A DNA stretch of 64,000 bases from an uncultured Clostridia bacterium (GTDB lineage: Bacteria; Bacillota; Clostridia; Christensenellales; Borkfalkiaceae): the NCBI GenBank assembly GCA_964612545.1, contig CAZTBU010000007.1:248-64247 (forward strand), given 5' to 3'. Positions 46,801-52,703 of this stretch are shown in pieces. The notes beneath the pieces are model-generated. The model worked only from the letters and a program-made list of their open reading frames with translations. It had not been told where the DNA came from and did no database searches. Made by a program: the position numbers and the translations under genes. Each line of letters opens with the position of its first letter. Position 1 is the first letter of the stretch.

Positions 46801-47372
46801 TGCTTTCCGTCAACCAGCAGGCGTTCATGAATTGCACCGCTCTCACTTCGGTTACGTTCGAAGGCACGTATGAGACGCTCGGAGATTATCTCTTCCAAGG
46901 TTGCTCCGCACTGCAGACGGTGAAACTGCCCGAAGGTCTTACGAAGATCGCCAACTATATGTTTACCGATTGCACGTCGCTCGGAACGCTTGCGATTCCC
47001 GAAACGGTAGAGGAGCTCGGCAGTAGTTGCTTCATGGGATGTACGGCGCTGAACGGGATAGAGTTGCCCGCCGATTTGACGACGGTCAGAGGCTCCGTCT
47101 TCAAGGGGTGCACCGGGCTTACGGGAGATCTCGTCCTTCCCGACTCCGTAACCTCCATTCTGGCGTCCGCCTTCGAGGACTGCTCGAACCTTGCGAGCAT
47201 CGAACTCTCCGCGGACGTCGGTAGGATCCAAAATTCGACGTTCGCGGGCTGGACGGAAAATCAGGAAATCCGCTTCCGCAATTCCGCCTACGAAGTTGCC
47301 GCATCCTGCACCGTCGATTGGCTGAGGGACCTCGCTCCCAAAGTCGTCTACAATTACACGGCGGAGAAATAA
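37890..47372 (+). CDS. Giant surface lipoprotein (3160 aa): Listeria-Bacteroides repeats + FN3-like domains + very long BspA-type leucine-rich repeat (LRR_5) region
   Basis: Lipobox FAIVTAC. Flg_new-type repeats (VHFETMGGSPV...VFVGWYTDESF...LTLYARF). FN3-like (TWNAVGNASSYSVTI, SWEAVNGATGYVVTIDGKTY). Dozens of units of the form IG..AF..C..L..I.LP..L..IG..AF. Confidence 0.9.
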   Translation: MKRKLVTVLGLLFSLIGAFAIVTACKGTDEENPDGNGALNHAVVDEYYYDGDGTEYLISLRTENYFTYVIAGDRAEGKYTLEKGALTLIPDGGEAVSGTISGNILHLTYRETAYNFLLKVDYTVHFETMGGSPVADAKVLNGKKVARPVDPSQAGKVFVGWYTDESFHNAYHFTEPVTGELTLYARFVAPIDPEFTVSFDAGAGAETFGPRTTTGGMLFDLPVPVKEGAKFVGWYVSQSYSADELSYAYDEQPIEENITLYAVWDDGSPVVSVSGSGVDIQTSPGDRYSITITGPDGNAEVNNGTGTSRHYDFDFTSKAAGRYKVEVTLNQKTTTRYYCNKTLARVSVFKVEGSTLFFNAVGNATSYYLTAVCGTPGHAQKETRMSIDPGVRSWFFGECEMPEDGFKFTVEAEADGYISSTSETYTFDRTLGAVEGLTVIAESETVTWNAVGNASSYSVTIEKDGEEVYSANVGSATSFDLRYYDAANYTVKVQPNARGWKSPEPTVYTYQKTRLATPKAPVYDGGALSWEAVNGATGYVVTIDGKTYTSKTNTLSLTEVSLDASVTDHKITVRAEAENFAASLESDVLTLSSALGGLTYSKGVLSWNSVLGVTEYLVTVDGGDPQRVGEARYDVTFSHAGENKLSVSAASGDFAPMEITVFVYTLTYNMDKAEAAPHAVYYLAAGDPIPRPEAPTYYGYTFDNWYTAPGSGGEEFSDIYFGGQDLTVYAGWTANVHTITFVVGAYSDQNIESVQVRFGEKVDINGKALPVPESNNANRVFSGWHFESDAGIQIADFEGKFIGAFLQDNDVTLYASYAEVFAFAKDPASKDGYTVSKGPGIIQGIVTHARVPERYGTAPVTGLSDFKNCTKLETLDIPDTIMTIVSGTENSAFTGCSSLYAVNVYAVRPDLAVFSSDEGVLIRKVEATSKTELFFFPAAKSGEYTIPDEVTAIPSGAFTRTNALNKLNIGKNVTEIQTQAFNTCDGLTEIVFLPGGHADLDIREGAFSNCKKVAVITLPARIKEIAADTFADLAGLLEFKIEDGGAYSVIDGLICKEYNDGQVIGKEIVAVPIGRDFGNYELPHGVVSVGESAFYGSSKLTGLTVPGAVVNISSKAFGHVSKLESIDFRGTESDFDLTIADKAFYAGYVSSSNADTGVQDKLKELHLPANLTYLGQYSFGRYSGLTEVWITTKRPQGTAIDFREGAFSSESGDKFYVTTAHIGADCPAFSYSGVFGNKLANVDIDVNNPYVQSDDDVIYDKVGDKEEKQHILFYPMEKEGDFTVPETVIEIGASTFAARNGLTGITIPVSVASIGDSAFYNCKELQTVTFTGADKDEGEPLTIGAFAFKNCTKLSSVTLPARLTTIGREAFRNCDGLTEIELPKNLQTIEKGSVGTGTAQVEIFDVFLNCNNLKSLTVHPDNQYFTSIDSVLYQLKEMKKSEGGELERVPYEALFTSPGAEGKITVPGTVHIFGRGAFKDINKVTEIVFEDIVPLYDATGEPDNTYDFRPRALDGYRTDANEGNGYYNTSVKTIRLPDGLETIGDEFLCDWRGLTSVTIPKTVTSIHAKAFSGCWNITSFEFEQGGVKPLSFENGVVESNGGGGYVANQYYYVFGHYYQTDNAASNKDDTMKIDSIVLPSRTVLIGDYTFYRSPVKSITFDGDPAYLNGADGGAEGAKGGLRIGKYAFSYCQNLVDFNLPENTAEIGGSAFAYAVLNRLELPESLVTIGDDAFRYLHLTEAQDTLVIPGNVETIGQCAFRDEYGYRCFRTVDLSQASKLTSVGDYAFGTMKELETVTFAAAAEESPALTLGTGAFWENPRLKSVEFPANISVIGDYAFKSDTALESITFAAYGRDLKDEGKTKLKQIGREAFSGTAIGEFAFPESTEAEIKLGQSLFKFCRELTVVTLSTSVHSIDSVFTGCGSLKRIEVAEGSKYFSSSTQEDFPALFDANGESVLFVYSAVEGEFEIVSGTRIGSHAFENQVGLTKVTIAASVQEIGANAFAGCTNLVAVEFKSGSVLTDLGDNAFSDCHSLTNINLNTCSRLTTVGSSAFLYCYSLERMVLPSAVTSIGKQAFEDTGVTEIDLSACATLETIGDSAMQNTVNLKTVKLPAALTTLGAKMFTGSGLVTVDFSKTALTVLGSSTFSDCVLLESVKLPDSLVFLGTNTFSGCTALKEIDLSNTSVEHLSDKKGQVQVSTTSLNLFNKCAALTKVTFPAGLKSIGYNAFSGAPALEEICIGDGEANDFSAIETMVYSAFAGSSLTHVKLSGKTAFKEKKGSGSGSSEKHYGTFTECNALEKVEWTEAASLTKIGEDMFFRCTSLTEFDFTQLKGLTKIGKNAFRGCESLAAADLSVCAGGADLLKEDEIFEDCTSLSSVKLPTTATTFGKYTFSNTGFETLDLSAFKDISEWGSYTFSECVGLTELNIPDSVKLGEYMFADCTSLQKVTFEDDYEGDLPSNMFRGCTSLREVHLPKDFGKKLPNSMFANCSALTDINLNETKISEFGNNIFQNCTSLREADLTTCTATALGYHMFDGCEALESVKLPDTIDYVSSYTFQNCTSLREIDLSNTKIDRFTSNTKKDQDVSYSTASYIFNGCTNLETVKLPAGGVTQIGAYAFQNCLKLTQIENLDIGAVTAIGKYAFAYCRSLFQNQTVALSSAITVLGEYAFLGCDSVEAYSANAAKVAMTSLADTGCVSLSSQNGFLIATPYNGGEEAVSTVIAAPLRSKIADDTLTLSGENVIGPYLFQNFSVDGVTKLDLSAVNTETIPVHLLDGSSFEEIILPDTVTSIGDNAFQNCTKLTKITLPAGLTAIGKYAFAGCVNLKTVEFGQNSVLTSIGDNAFQNCTNLTAIVLPENVSGLGAHVFDGCTALASVQLPESLTAIGEYAFMGSNLAQGFTIPENVASIGNFAFAQSNITAVTFEGNPQTIGNNLFKGCASLAKVNFGPCTTIGESEFDSSGLQTITIPETVLSVNQQAFMNCTALTSVTFEGTYETLGDYLFQGCSALQTVKLPEGLTKIANYMFTDCTSLGTLAIPETVEELGSSCFMGCTALNGIELPADLTTVRGSVFKGCTGLTGDLVLPDSVTSILASAFEDCSNLASIELSADVGRIQNSTFAGWTENQEIRFRNSAYEVAASCTVDWLRDLAPKVVYNYTAEK

Positions 47373-47409
47373 TTCTCCGACAGTGCATTTAAATTAACAA
47401 TATCGGCGT

Positions 47410-47445
47410 CCCCCCGCGAATTTCCGCACGGATTTTCGCGGAGGG
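47410..47445 (+). terminator. Possible stem-loop/terminator after the giant LRR gene (no U-tract)
   Basis: CCCCCCGCGAA (47410-47420) pairs with TTCGCGGAGGG (47435-47445), an 11-bp stem with one mismatch. Not followed by a T run. Confidence 0.25.
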
Positions 47446-47488
47446 CATACGCAGTTTTCGGGAATGAAAAGAAAAAAGGGAATAAGCT

Positions 47489-48718
47489 ATGGAAAACAAA
47501 ACTTTATTCAAAAAGTACCATAAGCGCATCGCCTCGGAGGGGATATTGAAGTCTCTGCTCTGCGGGCTGATTGCGGGCAGCGTCTTGCTCCTCGTTACCG
47601 CGCTTCTGAGTTGGTTTTTCGGCTTCAAGGGCGGGCTTTGGCTCTCCATCGGTCTCTTCTTTGCGGGGTTTCTCGCAACGGCTCTTCCGCTCTACTTTAT
47701 AAAATTCCGTCCCACCGCGAAACAGATCGCCGTCCGCGTGGATGCATTGGGCCTCGAAGAGAGGTTGCTTACGATGCTCGAACTCGAGGGGGATGACAGT
47801 TACATTGCCGTCCGCCAGCGCGAGGACGCCGTGCGGGCGATGAATTCGCTCGATTCGATGCTTGTCAGGATCGTTGTCCCGGCGCTTCTCATCTGTCTTG
47901 TCGCCGTATCGCTCGTTCTCGGGTTCGGCGGGGGAACGGCTGTTTCCGCGCTCTACTATGCCGGCGTCATCCCGAGCGGAATGGAACTCATGGAAGGGGG
48001 AAACACGCTCTTCACCTTCAAAGTCAGCTACGGCGTCGGGACGGGCGCGGATACGGGGGCAATCATGCTTTGGTCCGCGGATACGGCGGATACCGCGACC
48101 GATCCGAACGACCCGTTTGCGGGCCTCACGCAGTTTACGGAACCCGTTTCCGTGAAGGAAGGGGAGGACGCTCCCGCCGTTTACGCCGTTCCCGCCACGG
48201 GATATGCCTTTGCCGGTTGGTCTGACGGCAAGACCGACCCTTACCGCAAAGATACGAACGTCTCGGGCACGATCAACGTCACGGCGATGTTTGTTCCCGT
48301 CGGCTTCGGTCTGGAAGAATATCAACCGGACATATATTTCGGCAAGAACAGCGACGGCGAGCCGGGCGGCGACCCTTCGGACTTCGACAGCGGCGACCCC
48401 TCCGATGCGCCTCCCCCGCCCGACGGCGGCGGCGAGGACGATGGCGAATCGCCGGGTTCCCACTCTTCCGGGAACCAACAGATCGTTGACGGCAACCACT
48501 ATTACGGCGACGAGTTCGGCAATGCGTATGCCGACGCGCAGGACCGCCTCGGCTCCGACAGCAACATTTCCGAAGATATGCAGGGTTGGGTTTCCGATTA
48601 CTTCGGAAGTATCGGCACGGGCGGCAGTCAGGGCGGCGAAGACGAAGGCGAAGGCGGCGGTGAAGGCGAGGACGGCCTTGGGGGCGGCCTGAGCGGGGGC
48701 GGCGCAACGCAACCCTGA
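47489..48718 (+). CDS. Membrane protein with one Listeria-Bacteroides repeat and a Gly/Asp/Glu-rich tail (409 aa), first gene before MoxR
   Basis: Three predicted TM helices (LLCGLIAGSVLLLVTALLSWFF, LWLSIGLFFAGFLATALPLYFI, IVVPALLICLVAVSLVLGF). AVPATGYAFAGWSDGKTDPYRKD...INVTAMF is Flg_new-like. Acidic low-complexity C-terminus. Confidence 0.75.
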   Translation: MENKTLFKKYHKRIASEGILKSLLCGLIAGSVLLLVTALLSWFFGFKGGLWLSIGLFFAGFLATALPLYFIKFRPTAKQIAVRVDALGLEERLLTMLELEGDDSYIAVRQREDAVRAMNSLDSMLVRIVVPALLICLVAVSLVLGFGGGTAVSALYYAGVIPSGMELMEGGNTLFTFKVSYGVGTGADTGAIMLWSADTADTATDPNDPFAGLTQFTEPVSVKEGEDAPAVYAVPATGYAFAGWSDGKTDPYRKDTNVSGTINVTAMFVPVGFGLEEYQPDIYFGKNSDGEPGGDPSDFDSGDPSDAPPPPDGGGEDDGESPGSHSSGNQQIVDGNHYYGDEFGNAYADAQDRLGSDSNISEDMQGWVSDYFGSIGTGGSQGGEDEGEGGGEGEDGLGGGLSGGGATQP

Positions 48719-48763
48719 CTTTCAACGGCAGAAATCAATAAATTCAATAAAGAGAGTGAAAAA

Positions 48764-49759
48764 ATGGTTACAGAAAAGGACATCAATCAATTCAGCGAAC
48801 AGTGCAGTAATATTTTCAAGCAAATTTCCCGCGACGTTATCGGGCAGGAAAAGGTTGTCCGCGGTACGGTTATCGCGATGATCGCGGGAGGCAACGTTCT
48901 TCTCGAGGGCGTCCCCGGCGTCGGAAAAACACGTCTCGTCAGAACGCTCGGCAGGGTGTTTTCCCTTCCGTTCTCCCGTATCCAGTTTACGCCGGACCTC
49001 ATGCCCGCGGACGTTACGGGCACCAACATCATCGTCAAAGACGATAAGGGGAATTCTTCCTTCAGTTTCCAGCAGGGCCCCATTTTCGCCAATATTATCC
49101 TCGCCGATGAAATCAACCGTGCGACGCCCAAGACGCAGTCGGCCCTTCTCGAGGCCATGCAGGAACACACCGTCACGGTCATGGGCGTATCGAGAAAGCT
49201 CAACGAGCCGTTCTTTGTCCTTGCGACGCAGAACCCCATCGAGCAAGACGGCACTTATCCGCTGCCCGAAGCGCAGATGGACCGCTTCATGTTCAAACTT
49301 CTCGTGCCGGATCCTTCTCTCGGCGAATTGATGGAGATTGTCAATCTGACGCAGAAAACGATGGAAGAGGTTGCGGACCCTGCGTGCACGGGCGAAGAAC
49401 TTCTCCGTATGCGCGCGACGGCGAACCAGATCCCCGTGGCGGAAGATGTCATGAAATACGCCATGATTCTGGTTGCCGCAACGCATCCCGAGGGCGAATG
49501 CGCCACCGAGGCGGCAAAGAAGTATATCCGCGTCGGCGCCAGCCCCCGTGCGGGACAGGCGATCATCTCCGCGGCAAAGGTACTTGCTCTCATCATGGGC
49601 AGATTCAACGTATCTTACGGCGATCTCAAGGAGCTCGCATATCCCACGCTCCGCCATCGTATCAAGCTCAATTTCGAGGCAATTGCAGAGCGTATCTCCG
49701 CGGATGACGTCATCGGGATGGTCATTGAAGAGGTAGATAAAAAGTATAAAAAATCCTGA
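48764..49759 (+). CDS. MoxR-family AAA+ ATPase
   Basis: Walker A LLEGVPGVGKT. FSRIQFTPDLMPADVTG. Walker B ILADEINRATPKTQSALLEAMQE. Size (331 aa) is typical of the MoxR/AAA_3 family. Confidence 0.93.
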   Translation: MVTEKDINQFSEQCSNIFKQISRDVIGQEKVVRGTVIAMIAGGNVLLEGVPGVGKTRLVRTLGRVFSLPFSRIQFTPDLMPADVTGTNIIVKDDKGNSSFSFQQGPIFANIILADEINRATPKTQSALLEAMQEHTVTVMGVSRKLNEPFFVLATQNPIEQDGTYPLPEAQMDRFMFKLLVPDPSLGELMEIVNLTQKTMEEVADPACTGEELLRMRATANQIPVAEDVMKYAMILVAATHPEGECATEAAKKYIRVGASPRAGQAIISAAKVLALIMGRFNVSYGDLKELAYPTLRHRIKLNFEAIAERISADDVIGMVIEEVDKKYKKS

Positions 49760-49776
49760 GTAAAGGCAAGGCAGAC

Positions 49777-50676
49777 GTGAAAGGTTCACTTTTAAACGAC
49801 GCGTTCTTCGGCAGGCTGGAGGCGATGTCTTTGAATTTAAAATCGAGCCTTGCGGGTTATTTCGGCGGGAAGCACCTCGTGCGCACTTATGGGCAGACGG
49901 TGGAATTTGCCGATTTCAGGGAGTATCAGCTCGGCGACGACATCCGCCGTATCGACTGGAACTTATTCAGCCGCTTTGAAAAATACTTTCTCAGACTGTA
50001 TACCGACGAGAGGCAGATGCAGGTCCAGATCTTTCTGGATTGCTCCGCCTCGATGGGCAGTGAGGACCCGCGCAAGGCAGCATATGCCGTCGCCGCAACT
50101 GCGGCGTTCGGTTTTTTGGCCGTGCAGAACATGGATAAGCTCTCGATCAACCTTCTGAAAGGAGAGGCCTCGGAGAATCCGTTCGGCACGATCGTCGGCA
50201 AGAACAACTTTTTCCGCGCCGTCGGGCAACTCGAAGAAGTGGTCTTCGGGGGAGAAACGGACATTGAAAAGGCCGTCGAGAATTGTATGGACACGGGGAC
50301 CAATAACGGCCTCAGCGTCATTATCTCCGACTTTTTTACCGACAGTAACTGGAAAAGCGCCGTGGATTATCTTCTCTATAAGAAGAGACAGGTCCTTCTC
50401 CTGCAGATTATGACGCCGGAGGAGGCCGATCCTACCTACGACGGCCGCGTCAATCTTCTCGATTCCGAGGCGGCGGATATTGCCGATAGCCGCAACATGA
50501 AACTCCGGATCACGCGCGGCATGCAGGCCGCCTATTCCGAGGCCTTACGTGATTTTACGGAAGGGATTCGATCTTTCTGTAAAAAGAGAGGGGTAAATTT
50601 TCTCTCCGCCAATACGGGCGATCCCATTGAGCGTGTGCTCTTCGGCGAGCTTTTAAAGGTAGGTGTCATGTCATGA
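49777..50676 (+). CDS. DUF58 domain protein (MoxR partner, degenerate VWA fold)
   Basis: GQTVEFADFREYQLGDDIRRIDWN is the DUF58 hallmark. GTG start 18 nt after the MoxR stop. Confidence 0.88.
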   Translation: MKGSLLNDAFFGRLEAMSLNLKSSLAGYFGGKHLVRTYGQTVEFADFREYQLGDDIRRIDWNLFSRFEKYFLRLYTDERQMQVQIFLDCSASMGSEDPRKAAYAVAATAAFGFLAVQNMDKLSINLLKGEASENPFGTIVGKNNFFRAVGQLEEVVFGGETDIEKAVENCMDTGTNNGLSVIISDFFTDSNWKSAVDYLLYKKRQVLLLQIMTPEEADPTYDGRVNLLDSEAADIADSRNMKLRITRGMQAAYSEALRDFTEGIRSFCKKRGVNFLSANTGDPIERVLFGELLKVGVMS

Positions 50677-52691
50677 TGAAACTATTGCTGCCGCTTGGAC
50701 TTCTGGGCCTTTTGGGCGTCCTTGCGCTCATCATTATATATATCGTCCGCCCCAATTACGAGACGAAGCATGTCAACAGCACCTATGTCTGGCAACTGAG
50801 CTTAAATTACAGGAAAAAGCGCCTGCCTGCGAGCAAACTGCGTAACATCCTGCTCTTCGTCTGCCAGCTGCTCATACTCACCGCCATGGCGATGATTCTT
50901 GCAAAGCCCGCCGTTGTATATGAAACCGTGGGCGACGAAAACGAACTTATTGCCGTGATCGATTCCTCCATGAGCATGTTTACGGCGTCGGAAGACGGCA
51001 ATACCCGCTTCTCGCGCGCGATCGATAAGGCCTTGGAGGAGTGCACTGCCGTCCTCGGCGCAGGCGGAAAGGTCTCCGTCATCCTTGCCGACGACGAGCC
51101 CTCTTATCTCTATCAGCGCGTCTCCGCAGAGGAAACGGCCGCCCTTGCGGACGATCTCAACAAGCTCAGGGGCGACGGGAGCGTAAACGAAGTTCGGTGC
51201 TCCTACGGCACTTCCGATCTCGATAAGGCAATGGAACTCAGTGAGGTGGTCCTCGCCGCCAATCCGTATGCGCGCATCAGCGTGTTTACGGATAAATCGT
51301 ATCAGTACGTTCCGGAGAACATCAACATTGTTTCCGTAGCCGGCGAAGGGGACTGGAACGTCGGCATTCTCAACGCGAGCGCCGAACTCGATGACGGTTT
51401 CTATCAGATAACCGTGCAGATTGCCTGTTACGGGGATTCGCGCGAGGTAGACCTCAATTTGCTTGTCTATGGCGCAAACGCCATCGACGCGGACAGGGGC
51501 GGCACGGATTTGGAGCCCATCACGGAGACTCTCTTTTGCGACGACGGCGAAGTGAAGACGGTCATTTTCCGCTACGAAGAAGGGACGGATACGGATGATA
51601 TAAAATATTGCCCCCTCACACTTAACCAGAGATTTTATACGTTTAAATCCATAGAACTCTATGTGGACGAAAATGACAGCCTGAAATTCGATGACGGTTT
51701 TTATATCTATGGAGGGCTAAAGGAAGTGGTCAGGGTCCAGTATGCGAGCGACGGCGGCATTCCCGCCGATCCTTCGCAGGATTCCGTAGGCGCCAATCCC
51801 TTTGTCAACGCAGTCCTTCCCGTCATGAAGGAAGCATTCTCTTCGCGTTGGGACATTCAGATCACGGAGGTGCGGCAGGGGGACGCCCCCGCAACCGAGG
51901 GCTTCGACGTCTATATCTTCGAGCACTCCATGCCCAAGGAACTTCCGAAGGACGGCGTTGTTTTTCTCTTCGACCCGCTGAGCGCTCCCGTCGGTTCGGA
52001 TATTACTCTGCAGAGGGATGTAAAGCTCTCCACGCGCCAAAAACTGGCTGCGGAGACGACGGACCATCCCGTCATGCGGAATGTCATGGCAAGCAATATC
52101 GAAATTACCCGCTATCAGCAGCTAGGGCATTCGGGCGACAGCGGATATGAAGTCCTCATGACGTGCCGGGGCGCACCCGTCCTTCTCGTCCGCAACGACC
52201 AAGGCGTCAAGACGGCCGTCATGGCCTTCAGCGTGCACAATGCCAACCTTGTCATGTTGCCGGAATGGGTAATTCTGATGTATAATCTCTTCGACTATTT
52301 CCTGCCCTCCACCGTTATAGGGAATAATTTCGAGGTCAACGAAAAGATCGAAGTGAACGCGCGCGGCCCGCGCACGACCGTTTCCTCCGAGCAGGGGGCC
52401 ATAGAACCTTTTGAGCTCGACGAATTCCCCGCAACGCTTTCTTTTCAGATAGCGGGGACGTATACGTTCGACGTGAACACCTATTTTGCAAAGCAGGCGC
52501 CGACGCAAAAGATCTACGTGCAGCCGCCCGAAGAGGAGAGCAACATTTTTTCCGTGGAGGATTCGCTTGAAAATCCCTTCACGGATCGGGAAACGATCGA
52601 CATTTTTGACGATCTCCTCATTTGGTTCGCTGCCGCGCTTGTTGCGCTTTTGTTTGTGGAATGGGCGGTGCACTCGCTTGAAAAATCTTAA
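50673..52691 (+). CDS. BatA-like VWA domain membrane protein (672 aa)
   Basis: N-terminal BatA_N-like TM (LLPLGLLGLLGVLALIIIYIVRP). VWA MIDAS IAVIDSSMSM. C-terminal TM LIWFAAALVALLFVEWAV. ATGA overlap with the DUF58 stop. Confidence 0.85.
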   Translation: MMKLLLPLGLLGLLGVLALIIIYIVRPNYETKHVNSTYVWQLSLNYRKKRLPASKLRNILLFVCQLLILTAMAMILAKPAVVYETVGDENELIAVIDSSMSMFTASEDGNTRFSRAIDKALEECTAVLGAGGKVSVILADDEPSYLYQRVSAEETAALADDLNKLRGDGSVNEVRCSYGTSDLDKAMELSEVVLAANPYARISVFTDKSYQYVPENINIVSVAGEGDWNVGILNASAELDDGFYQITVQIACYGDSREVDLNLLVYGANAIDADRGGTDLEPITETLFCDDGEVKTVIFRYEEGTDTDDIKYCPLTLNQRFYTFKSIELYVDENDSLKFDDGFYIYGGLKEVVRVQYASDGGIPADPSQDSVGANPFVNAVLPVMKEAFSSRWDIQITEVRQGDAPATEGFDVYIFEHSMPKELPKDGVVFLFDPLSAPVGSDITLQRDVKLSTRQKLAAETTDHPVMRNVMASNIEITRYQQLGHSGDSGYEVLMTCRGAPVLLVRNDQGVKTAVMAFSVHNANLVMLPEWVILMYNLFDYFLPSTVIGNNFEVNEKIEVNARGPRTTVSSEQGAIEPFELDEFPATLSFQIAGTYTFDVNTYFAKQAPTQKIYVQPPEEESNIFSVEDSLENPFTDRETIDIFDDLLIWFAAALVALLFVEWAVHSLEKS

Positions 52692-52703
52692 AGGAGAGAG
52701 TAG

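Noticed and set aside
44037-47231. Very long antisense ORFs opposite real genes, for example 44037-47231 (1064 aa) and 52122-54749 (875 aa)
   Set aside because: Other examples are 14201-16456 (751 aa), 59750-61666, 41337-43157, 39474-41246, 28434-30029, 839-2326, 34288-35769, 20990-22381, 24487-25770 and 47504-48712. All fully overlap sense-strand genes that have clear domain signatures, RBSs and signal peptides. Their products are Arg/Gly/Pro-rich low-complexity sequences typical of stop-poor antisense frames in GC3-rich genes. None has a convincing RBS.
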